Shown here one piece after another: positions 56,952 to 64,000 of a stretch of DNA of 64,000 nt; the stretch's first letter is position 1; the number at the start of each line of letters is the position of its first letter. A program made the translations under genes and the position numbers. Origin of the DNA: an uncultured bacterium (GTDB lineage: Bacteria > Patescibacteriota > Patescibacteriia > CAIQCM01). Under the pieces are notes generated by a model, which did not search any database, had not been told where the DNA came from, and saw only the letters and a list, made by a program, of their open reading frames with translations. The stretch covers positions 579,740 to 643,739 of the forward strand of contig OY970181.1 in assembly GCA_963708045.1 (NCBI GenBank), written 5' to 3'.

Positions 56952-58217
56952 ATGTACCAACGAACTGTTTTAAAAAACGGCACGCGCTTGATTCTTGTTC
57001 CCGACGACCATACATCCTCGGCAACGCTTTTTGTCCTTTTTCGCGTCGGCTCGCGCTACGAGTCGCAAAAAATAAACGGCGTTTCCCACTTTATTGAACA
57101 TATGATGTTTAAGGGAACCAAGCGCCGCCCGCGCACCGTTGATATTTCCCGCGAACTTGATGCTGTTGGCGCCGAGTTTAACGCTTTCACCGGCAAAGAT
57201 GTTACTGGTTACTATGTAAAAATAGAAAGCAAACACTTTGACCTGGCTTTGGATATCTTGAACGATATGATTCATAATTCCAAGTTTGAAGAACGCGAAC
57301 TTCAACAGGAACGGAAAGTGATTATGGAAGAAATCCATATGTACGCGGATAATCCGATGATGCATATTGAAGATATGATAGAAGGCGAAATTTTTCGCGG
57401 CGCTAGTCTTGGGATGAATATTGCTGGTGATGAAAAAAGTATGCATTCAATTACGCGACAATCAATGCTCGCGTACCGCGACGCTTACTATACGCCGTCT
57501 CGGACGGTCGTGATTGCCGCCGGAAATTTTGGCGACAACGCTTTCGCCCAAATCGGGAAAATGTTCGGCTCGGGACGTCCAAAAAAATCCGGCCGCGACT
57601 TTGCCGTTTATCGGAAAAAGCAAACCACGCCGCGCGTCGCCTTAGAATTTAAAGAAACCGAACAAGCGCAACTGGCGCTCGGTTTTCCCGCTTTTTCTTA
57701 CGACGACAAACGACTTTCGGCGCTTTCGGTGCTTGGCAATATTTTGGGTGGCACGATGAGTTCGCGATTGTTTATTACTGTCCGTGAACGGAAGGGTTTG
57801 GCTTATTTTGTCCGCGCCGGCGTAGATGTTTATGAAGATACTGGTTCGTTCGTTGTCCGCGCGGGACTTACTAAATCAAGGATCATTGAAGCGATAAAAA
57901 CCATTTGCGACGAACTTTCTCGTGTTAAAAAAAATGGCGTTTCAGCTTCGGAACTTAAACGGGCGAAAGATAATATCGGCGGCCGGTTGGCGTTGGAACT
58001 GGAAGATTCGTCGGATCTCGCGTCATTTTATGGCAAACAGGAATTATACCAAGGCAAAATAAAATCGCCGGCTGAAAAGCTAGCGCTCATAAACGCGGTT
58101 ACAGCCGCCGAGGTTAAAGCCGTCGCGCGCGAAATCATCAGAAACGAAGCGGCGTCGCTTGCGGTAATCGGCCCCTTTAAGGACGAGAAAAAATTATTAC
58201 AAGCGGTAAAATTATAA
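56952..58217 (+). CDS. Peptidase M16 (pitrilysin/insulinase) family
   Basis: HFIEHMMFKGT (HxxEH), NAFT, SSRLF..VRE..GLAY. Confidence 0.95.
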   Translation: MYQRTVLKNGTRLILVPDDHTSSATLFVLFRVGSRYESQKINGVSHFIEHMMFKGTKRRPRTVDISRELDAVGAEFNAFTGKDVTGYYVKIESKHFDLALDILNDMIHNSKFEERELQQERKVIMEEIHMYADNPMMHIEDMIEGEIFRGASLGMNIAGDEKSMHSITRQSMLAYRDAYYTPSRTVVIAAGNFGDNAFAQIGKMFGSGRPKKSGRDFAVYRKKQTTPRVALEFKETEQAQLALGFPAFSYDDKRLSALSVLGNILGGTMSSRLFITVRERKGLAYFVRAGVDVYEDTGSFVVRAGLTKSRIIEAIKTICDELSRVKKNGVSASELKRAKDNIGGRLALELEDSSDLASFYGKQELYQGKIKSPAEKLALINAVTAAEVKAVAREIIRNEAASLAVIGPFKDEKKLLQAVKL

Positions 58218-58219
58218 AT

Positions 58220-58981
58220 ATGAATGGCGAAAAATTACTTTTTGGCAATTGGAAAATGAATGTCGCGCCGGAGCCGGGGAGTGTTCTTGCAAAAGCGCTT
58301 ATAAAAGTTAAGACCGCGTCCACGGTTAAGGTCGCAGTTTTCCCGTCGTTTCTTTCGCTCCCGACGATTTGCGAAGAACTTAAGGATAGCGTTGTCGGTG
58401 TTGGCGGCCAAGACTGTTTTTGGGAAGCGCGCGGCGCTTATACAGGAGAAATTTCTCCAAACGAGATTGCTGCTTGTGGTGCAAAGTATGTTCTTATTGG
58501 GCACTCGGAACGGCGCGGAAGTCTTGGTGAAACTTCGGCAATGGTCAATAAAAAAATAAAAGCCGCCCTTGCCGCCGGCTTAACGCCCGTCCTTTGTATT
58601 GGCGAACGCGCATCCGATCGCGCTTCTGGAACGTGGCCGGTTTTTTTGGAGCGCGAACTTAAAGATGGTTTGGACGGAGTGGATATTTCTGGAACAACGC
58701 AAATTATTATTGCCTATGAGCCGATCTGGGCGGTCGGCACGGGTAATGCTTGTGAACCTAACGATGCTGTGAGCGCTCATCTACTGATCGGTAATTACCT
58801 TTATGAACTTTTCGGCGAAGAGCGGAAGCAAAATAATTTTTCCGTCATCTATGGCGGAAGCGTTGACGCCGAAAATATTAAATCTTATTTTGAGCGCGAC
58901 GAAATTCAAGGCGCGCTCGTTGGCGGCGCGTCGCAAAAGTGGCCGACGTTTTGGGCGATGCTAAAAGCGATAAGCGAATAA
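58220..58981 (+). CDS. tpiA: Triosephosphate isomerase
   Basis: GNWKMN, GAYTGEIS, IGHSERR, AYEPIWAVGTG, YGGSV, LVGGAS. Confidence 0.98.
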   Translation: MNGEKLLFGNWKMNVAPEPGSVLAKALIKVKTASTVKVAVFPSFLSLPTICEELKDSVVGVGGQDCFWEARGAYTGEISPNEIAACGAKYVLIGHSERRGSLGETSAMVNKKIKAALAAGLTPVLCIGERASDRASGTWPVFLERELKDGLDGVDISGTTQIIIAYEPIWAVGTGNACEPNDAVSAHLLIGNYLYELFGEERKQNNFSVIYGGSVDAENIKSYFERDEIQGALVGGASQKWPTFWAMLKAISE

Positions 58982-58983
58982 AA

Positions 58984-59778
58984 ATGAATTTTTTTTCATT
59001 AGCACTTTACTTGGTTGGTATACTTTTTGTTCTGGCCGGAATTATAATTCTGGCCGCGATTTTTTGGTCGCGTCGCCGCACGATCGCGCTCATTGACGTT
59101 AAAACCGTTCCCGTTGATAAGACCGAGCGAATGAAAGAGCAAATCGTGGCTGAACGCATTTTGCGAAAGATCGCCTTAATGACAAAGCCGGTCAAAGAAA
59201 AAATTAATCCCGTCTGGGAATTTTTTCAGAACCGGTTTCGTCGTCTCGCAAAAGTTGCTTTTGATATGGAAAAAAGAAGCGAACGGTTGGCGCGGGGAAG
59301 TTGGGACGCGCTCACGGCCGGAACCAGGATGCACGCGACGCTGACTGAGGCCGATAAACTTGCCAAGGAAGGAGAGTATGTCGCGGCTGAGAAGAAATAT
59401 ATGGATGCGCTCTCTTTAGACATTAAAAACCCCAAACTTTATGAGCGGCTCGGTGCGATGTACATTCGTGCCAAGTCGTACCCAGAAGCGCGCGAAACTC
59501 TGCGCTATGCCTCGCGGTTGTCGCCGAACGACGCCTCGGTCGTGGCCGCGCTCGGCGAAGTCGCAATCGCACAAGGGGAGTATGCCGACGCGATTACCTA
59601 TTTTGAGCACGCCGCCCAAATTCGCCCACGCTCGCCAAAGTATTTAAACTTCCTTATTCAAGCCTGTATCTTAGGGAAAAACAAAGTTTTGGCCGAGGAT
59701 GCGCTTAATCGTTTAGCCGAAGTAAACCCCGAAAACGCCAAACTTCAGGAACTTGATAAAAAGATAGGGGAGATGTAA
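58984..59778 (+). CDS. Membrane-anchored tetratricopeptide repeat protein
   Basis: N-terminal TM; TPR helices (YERLGAMY..AK.Y.EA; ALGEVA..QGEY.DA). Confidence 0.85.
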   Translation: MNFFSLALYLVGILFVLAGIIILAAIFWSRRRTIALIDVKTVPVDKTERMKEQIVAERILRKIALMTKPVKEKINPVWEFFQNRFRRLAKVAFDMEKRSERLARGSWDALTAGTRMHATLTEADKLAKEGEYVAAEKKYMDALSLDIKNPKLYERLGAMYIRAKSYPEARETLRYASRLSPNDASVVAALGEVAIAQGEYADAITYFEHAAQIRPRSPKYLNFLIQACILGKNKVLAEDALNRLAEVNPENAKLQELDKKIGEM

Positions 59779-59786
59779 TATGGCCA

Positions 59787-59814
59787 AATAGCCAATAGCT
59801 AATTGCTAATGGTT
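59787..59814. repeat. Heptamer tract (AATAGCY)
   Basis: aatagcc aatagct aattgct aatggtt. Confidence 0.65.
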
Positions 59815-59844
59815 ATTATGTTTATTGAAAATCTAAGAAACAAT

Positions 59845-59920
59845 GCCGACGTAGCTCAGTTGGTAGAGCGCGTCCATGGTAAGGACGAGGTCATCGGTTC
59901 GATCCCGATCGTCGGCTCCA
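59845..59920 (+). tRNA. tRNA-Thr(GGT)
   Basis: Cloverleaf; anticodon arm cgtcc-atGGTaa-ggacg; GGTTCGAT; encoded CCA. Confidence 0.96.
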
Positions 59921-59952
59921 GAAAAAAATCAACCCCGCGTAGTGGGGATTTT

Positions 59953-60036
59953 GGGCAGGTACCGAAGCGGTCAAACGGGGCAGACTGTAAATCTGCTGGC
60001 CTTGTGCCTTCATAGGTTCGATCCCTATCCTGCCCA
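59953..60036 (+). tRNA. tRNA-Tyr(GTA)
   Basis: gcaga-ctGTAaa-tctgc; long variable arm; CCA not encoded. Confidence 0.95.
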
Positions 60037-60040
60037 GTGC

Positions 60041-60113
60041 GCCGCCTTAGCTCAGTTGGCAGAGCAACGGTTTTGTAAACCGTAGGTCCGCGGTTCGAGC
60101 CCGCGAGGCGGCT
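60041..60113 (+). tRNA. tRNA-Thr(TGT)
   Basis: acggt-ttTGTaa-accgt; GGTTCGAG; CCA not encoded. Confidence 0.95.
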
Positions 60114-60154
60114 ATTGCCAAATATTACGAATTACGCTATTATTCCGATTCCCT

Positions 60155-60307
60155 ATGTCACAAGAAAATTTGATTAAAATGGAATGTACCGAATGCAAAC
60201 GCGTCGGTTATTATTCCACAAAAAACAAGAAGCTTAAGACCCGCATTGAACTGGCTAAATATTGCCGTTGGTGCAAAAAGCATACTCCGCATAAAGAGAC
60301 GAAATAG
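60155..60307 (+). CDS. rpmG: 50S ribosomal protein L33 (Zn-ribbon type)
   Basis: Below the ORF-track cutoff. [50 protein letters not shown]. Confidence 0.96.
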   Translation: MSQENLIKMECTECKRVGYYSTKNKKLKTRIELAKYCRWCKKHTPHKETK

Positions 60308-60339
60308 CACGTGGCGCGTGGCACGTTGCTCGTCGCATC
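60305..60339. repeat. Heptamer array left of the four-helix-bundle gene
   Basis: tagcacg tggcgcg tggcacg ttgctcg tcgcatc; the first TAG is the rpmG stop. Confidence 0.88.
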
Positions 60340-60393
60340 GGGTCCTAATTCATAAAATATCGCCCGCCTAAAGCGGGCGGTTGAGTTTAAGCA

Positions 60394-60750
60394 ATGTTTA
60401 GATTTGAAGAGTTGGACATTTGGAAAATGGGCGTTGAATATACAAAGAGGTGTTATTATGTCGCCAATAATTTTCCAATAAATGAACGCTTTGCCTTAGC
60501 CGATCAATTAAGAAGAGCCGCTGTGTCAATACCGACAAACATCGCCGAGGGGAGCATCGGCTCCAACAAGGAGTTTTGTAGTTTTTTGAATATCGCTTCT
60601 AGATCTGGTATTGAAACGGTAAGTTTACTTATAGTTGCAGAGAAACTAGGATACATTACAATGGAAGAGCGAATGAGGTTTTATAATGAAGCCGAAATAT
60701 TGATTCGTAAAATACGGTCATTAAGGCGCGTATGTCTTAACGGCACGTAG
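60394..60750 (+). CDS. Four helix bundle protein (23S rRNA IVP / Avd-like family)
   Basis: FEELDIWK..FP.NERFALADQLRRAAVSIPTNIAEG..F..FLNIA..S..E. Confidence 0.93.
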   Translation: MFRFEELDIWKMGVEYTKRCYYVANNFPINERFALADQLRRAAVSIPTNIAEGSIGSNKEFCSFLNIASRSGIETVSLLIVAEKLGYITMEERMRFYNEAEILIRKIRSLRRVCLNGT

Positions 60751-60804
60751 CTCGTAGTGCGTGGCACATGGTACGACGTGCAACGCGCCACGTGCAACAT
60801 GCAA
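60741..60804. repeat. Direct plus inverted heptamer arrays right of the four-helix-bundle gene
   Basis: cggcacg tagctcg tagtgcg tggcaca tggtacg a cgtgcaa cgcgcca cgtgcaa catgcaa. Confidence 0.88.
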
Positions 60805-60809
60805 AATAC

Positions 60810-60880
60810 GGGGGCTTGGTGAAGTGGTATCACAAAGGTCTCCAAAACCTTCGTCGGAGGTTCAATCCCTCCAGCCCCTG
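60810..60880 (+). tRNA. tRNA-Trp(CCA)
   Basis: aaggt-ctCCAaa-acctt; GGTTCAAT; acceptor gggggct/agcccct. Confidence 0.93.
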
Positions 60881-60883
60881 CCC

Positions 60884-60918
60884 AAACAACCATCCTTAAT
60901 CGGATGGTTGTTTGTTTT
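60884..60918 (+). terminator. Terminator of the tRNA/rpmG operon
   Basis: aaacaaccatcc-ttaatc-ggatggttgttt-gtttt. Confidence 0.85.
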
Positions 60919-60937
60919 GTGATAATTTTTTAAATTG

Positions 60938-60965
60938 AAAAACCCCGCTTGCTAGGCAGGGTTTT
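60938..60965 (-). terminator. Terminator of the 61003..61872 gene
   Basis: aaaacccc gcttgctaggca ggggtttt. Confidence 0.6.
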
Positions 60966-61002
60966 AAGGGGCGAGGAGGTTGGGCGTGTCTTCTTTATCT
61001 GG

Positions 61003-61872
61003 CTAAAAGCCTTTGCATGCGCTGTACTCTGCGTCACAGCTATTCCAACACGCATATTTGCGGTCGGCGTTTGCTTGAATGCCGTAAGTTGGCGCGTCGC
61101 ACGCCCGGCGACAATTTATTTTTTTAATAGAGCAGTCGGCGGAACTGCGCCCTCCGCTATTTCCAAACGACGGCGTTGGGGTGCTGGAAAAATCAAACGG
61201 TGTCGGCGCAGAAGGTACGAACATTGGCGCAGAAGGTACGAACATCGGAGGGGGTGGCAGAAAGTCAAATCCGCCATATGCAGGAAGCGATGGAAAAGTG
61301 GGTGCGATTGGCGGGGCGACATAGGTTGGTTGGGGTCGGTATGTGCTCTTTGGTGGGATGACCGAACTAGATGTCTTAACCAAAGAGATTGTGCCACTGC
61401 CGGCAAATGTCGGTTGGGGCGGGGGCATTGGCACGCCCATGATGGCGCCGAGATTTGCGGAGATATCGCTCGTCATAAGAGACTGCAGTTGGTACGAACC
61501 ACTGGCTGATTTGCTTCCGCGAGGAAGGTTGATCGTGTAATAGGTGGTCGTTTTTATGAAAGCGTCGGTCGGGCTTGGTGGCGGCGCGCTCGCAACATAC
61601 AGCACGCCTTCTTTGTACGACACGCCAACGATGAGGTTGAACCCGCTAATTATTGACCCGCTTTGACAGCTGAGGTAGGACTCAACGGTCACCTGGTTTG
61701 CCGTTTCTTTGATTATCCAAAACGGCGAATTGCCAAGTTGGGCATTTGTCATGGTTTCGGGGTCAATGCCAGTTCTGGTAATCTGCCATGTTCCGGTGAT
61801 GGTTTGGGCTTGGGCCGAGTAGCAGAAACACGCGGCCAGCAGCAATAAGGCGGGGACGATTAACTTCTTCAC
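61003..61872 (-). CDS. Secreted hypothetical protein with Pro-rich linker and Cys-rich C-terminus
   Basis: GTG start with AAGGAG; signal peptide; tandem PMFVPSA x2 (21-bp duplication); six Cys in the last ~45 aa. Confidence 0.7.
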   Translation of the reverse strand: MKKLIVPALLLLAACFCYSAQAQTITGTWQITRTGIDPETMTNAQLGNSPFWIIKETANQVTVESYLSCQSGSIISGFNLIVGVSYKEGVLYVASAPPPSPTDAFIKTTTYYTINLPRGSKSASGSYQLQSLMTSDISANLGAIMGVPMPPPQPTFAGSGTISLVKTSSSVIPPKSTYRPQPTYVAPPIAPTFPSLPAYGGFDFLPPPPMFVPSAPMFVPSAPTPFDFSSTPTPSFGNSGGRSSADCSIKKINCRRACDAPTYGIQANADRKYACWNSCDAEYSACKGF

Positions 61873-62087
61873 GAGGTGCTCCTTTTCTGGGTTTTTTACG
61901 GCAGTAGGCCGTTTGTCAAACTACAAAACTTTACATCCTTTGCATAACAATATAATCAGGCGTTCGTATTTTGTCAATCATCGCGCGCACTGCATAATGG
62001 ATAAGAGAAAATTATAAAAGCGCCGTTTTGTGGCGGCGCCTTTTGGGTTGTGCGAGGACGTCGTTTGTAAATGGCGTCCTCCGGCGT

Positions 62088-62477
62088 TCAGTTGCCTACT
62101 TCGGTGACGAATTGCCAGACGGATGATTTGTTCCACCAATGAGACAGTAGCAAGCGAAACATATGCGGACTGCGACGTTTGAGTAGCGCGATATCTGTTT
62201 GTGGCATCTCGTTCCATGCCCAGTCAATTGTCTTCAACACTTCTTGTTTTGGAATGAGCGCAGGGTCAATGGCAGCTGGTTGCTTTGCGCGATAGTGCAA
62301 GGCAAGAATAATGGCGATGCGCACCGTTTCGGCAGGTTTACCCGGGCTTAGCGCGTCGTGGCGATTTTCGCCGAACGAATTTTCTCTAACAAACGCGCTT
62401 AACTGGTATTGAATGCGCTTTAAGAGAGTGGTGTTGATTGTGTGATTTGATTTTGTTTTTTTGGGTTTGCGTTGCAT
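62088..62477 (-). CDS. Hypothetical protein
   Basis: 129-aa ORF with G-rich SD, upstream TTGACA, and a hairpin at ~62016-62044. Confidence 0.5.
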   Translation of the reverse strand: MQRKPKKTKSNHTINTTLLKRIQYQLSAFVRENSFGENRHDALSPGKPAETVRIAIILALHYRAKQPAAIDPALIPKQEVLKTIDWAWNEMPQTDIALLKRRSPHMFRLLLSHWWNKSSVWQFVTEVGN

Positions 62478-62693
62478 TTTTCCCCCCTGTCTAAGGCTCG
62501 TTGCGAAATTCTGGGTTGTGGTCTTGTCTAAATGTTCTTTACTAGCTATTTAATACATTGTCAATGGCCCCAATCTCTCACTCTCATATTTATCATTTTA
62601 CCCACACATATACTTCCGTAAAAGCAGAAAAAGTCATATACTAGATAACTGGTTTTGTTATAAAATTTGCTAAGTTGCGCTTAGGCGTCGTCT

Positions 62694-64000
62694 ATGTTGC
62701 TTACTAAAAAAATAAAAAAGTCTTTTCCTGCCATAAAAGCCGGTCGGCTTGTTTCAAACAATGCCGCGAGCACTCAAGTGCCGGTTCAATTACTAGATCT
62801 GCTCAAAAAGTTGGTCGTGCAGTATGACAATGTTCATCGCGGCCAATCGCGGTCTTCACTTTTAACAACGCACGAGTTTGAAGCTTCTTACGACACAATT
62901 GCACAGTTTATCGGCGCCTTGTCGCGAAAAAATATTGTCTTATATCGTAATACGAGCGAGGCAATAAATTCGGTAATGTACTCGCTTCTTACCGAATTTA
63001 AAGACGGCGACAATGTCGTTACTACTTTTATGGAACATAATTCCAATTATGTTCCGTGGTACGGCCTTTGTCGTGAAATTTTGCCAAAGTTTGGAATAAA
63101 GGTTGAATATCGGCTGGTTAAATACGACAAAAAAACCGGCGAACTGGATTTGGATCATTTGCGATCGCTTGTGGACAACAAAACGAAACTTGTTTGCTGT
63201 TCCGGTGCTTCCAATTTTTTGGGCACGATCAATCCGATTAAAAAAGTAAAAGAAATCGCCGACCAAAGCGGCTATGTCCAGCCAGACGGTGAAACTAGGT
63301 CTTACTTATTGATTGACGGCGCTCAGCTTGTTCCAAACGTATTTATTGATGTAGAAGATTTGGGGATTGATTTTCTCGCGTGGTCTTTTCATAAAATGCT
63401 TTCGCCTTTTGGCGTTGGTGCTTTATATGCAAAAGAAAATTTACTCACGCGACTCAGGCCGTTTCTCTATGGCGGCGATATGATTGCCGAGGGTAAAGTT
63501 AGTCCAGAAAAAGTTGAATATAATTCTTTGCCGTGGAAATTTGCGGCCGGCACGCCAAATATATTGGGCACGATTTTATCGGCGCAAGCTCTTCGTTTAA
63601 TGATTGACTTTGCGCTTAATCCGGGAAAGCGCAAATATTTTTCTACCAACGACAAACTTAACCGCGCCGACGTAAAGCAGGCGATGGAAAATATTCACTT
63701 GCACGAACAGACTTTGGTCGCAGAAGCTTTAAAAATTTTGGGAGAAATCCCAACGCTCACAATTTATGGGCCAAAGGATCCCGCCAAAAGAACCTGCCTT
63801 GTGGCTTTTAATGATAAAAATAAAAATCCGCTTACTTTAGCCGAAGAGTTGAGTCGTCGGGGGGTTGAGTCGCGCGGCGGCTGTCATTGCGCCACCTTGG
63901 CACACCACTTTGAAGGACTTAATCCGCCGGCTAGCTGCCGTCTTAGTTTTTATATTTATAATGATATTAATGACGTGCAAAAGGCTTGCCGCGTTGTTAA
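62694..64000 (+). CDS. Cysteine desulfurase, SufS-like (class V PLP enzyme); runs off the window edge
   Basis: Not in the ORF track. Manual translation gives NNAASTQ, NVHRG, MEHNSN.VPW, IDGAQ, SFHKML (PLP Lys), AGTPN and RGGCHCA. Confidence 0.92.
   Translation, partial: MLLTKKIKKSFPAIKAGRLVSNNAASTQVPVQLLDLLKKLVVQYDNVHRGQSRSSLLTTHEFEASYDTIAQFIGALSRKNIVLYRNTSEAINSVMYSLLTEFKDGDNVVTTFMEHNSNYVPWYGLCREILPKFGIKVEYRLVKYDKKTGELDLDHLRSLVDNKTKLVCCSGASNFLGTINPIKKVKEIADQSGYVQPDGETRSYLLIDGAQLVPNVFIDVEDLGIDFLAWSFHKMLSPFGVGALYAKENLLTRLRPFLYGGDMIAEGKVSPEKVEYNSLPWKFAAGTPNILGTILSAQALRLMIDFALNPGKRKYFSTNDKLNRADVKQAMENIHLHEQTLVAEALKILGEIPTLTIYGPKDPAKRTCLVAFNDKNKNPLTLAEELSRRGVESRGGCHCATLAHHFEGLNPPASCRLSFYIYNDINDVQKACRVV

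Noticed and set aside
60394-60750. Diversity-generating retroelement (Avd) or 23S rRNA intervening sequence
   Set aside because: No reverse transcriptase, no TR/VR pair differing at adenines, and no rRNA sequence in the window.
60810-62600. tRNA-integrated genomic island
   Set aside because: No integrase and no duplicated tRNA-Trp 3' end found in the window.
1-64000. Alternative genetic code (UGA=Gly, as in Gracilibacteria/Absconditabacteria)
   Set aside because: Conserved genes are full length under code 11 with no in-frame TGA, and TGA ends ORFs that overlap the next start (ATGA at 26754 and 43314).

Overview
Chromosomal segment of a small-genome bacterium, most likely Patescibacteria (CPR, ABY1-like). 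This is inferred from gene content (DUF5667/DUF5663/DUF4012-like proteins, short TsaB, glyQS-type GlyRS) and from mostly SD-less, A-rich leaders; the standard genetic code fits. 0-24 kb is a cell-envelope region: GT4, DUF11-type and FG-GAP proteins, an ECF sigma/anti-sigma pair and five large secreted proteins. Four of these share one ~120-aa module, and the fifth carries 11 Cys-containing 92/93-aa repeats. 24-64 kb mixes housekeeping genes (uvrD/pcrA, rplJL with L10 leader, mreB, holB, frr, glyQS, tpiA, rpmG, four tRNAs, sufS-like) with orphans and a lone purF. The most striking unexplained structure is non-coding. (1) About 18 degenerate 7-bp tandem-repeat tracts, often paired as inverted arrays, sit at gene boundaries and twice inside ORFs; one set brackets a four-helix-bundle (Avd/23S-IVP-like) gene between rpmG and tRNA-Trp. 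(2) GC-rich REP-like palindromes bracket a DUF559 endonuclease gene, with a gene-less REPIN/BIME-like cluster 3 kb away. (3) A four-arm palindrome lies between frr and glyQS. No CRISPR array, rRNA, reverse transcriptase, integrase or classical transposase was seen. All family calls come from motif recognition by eye, not database searches.
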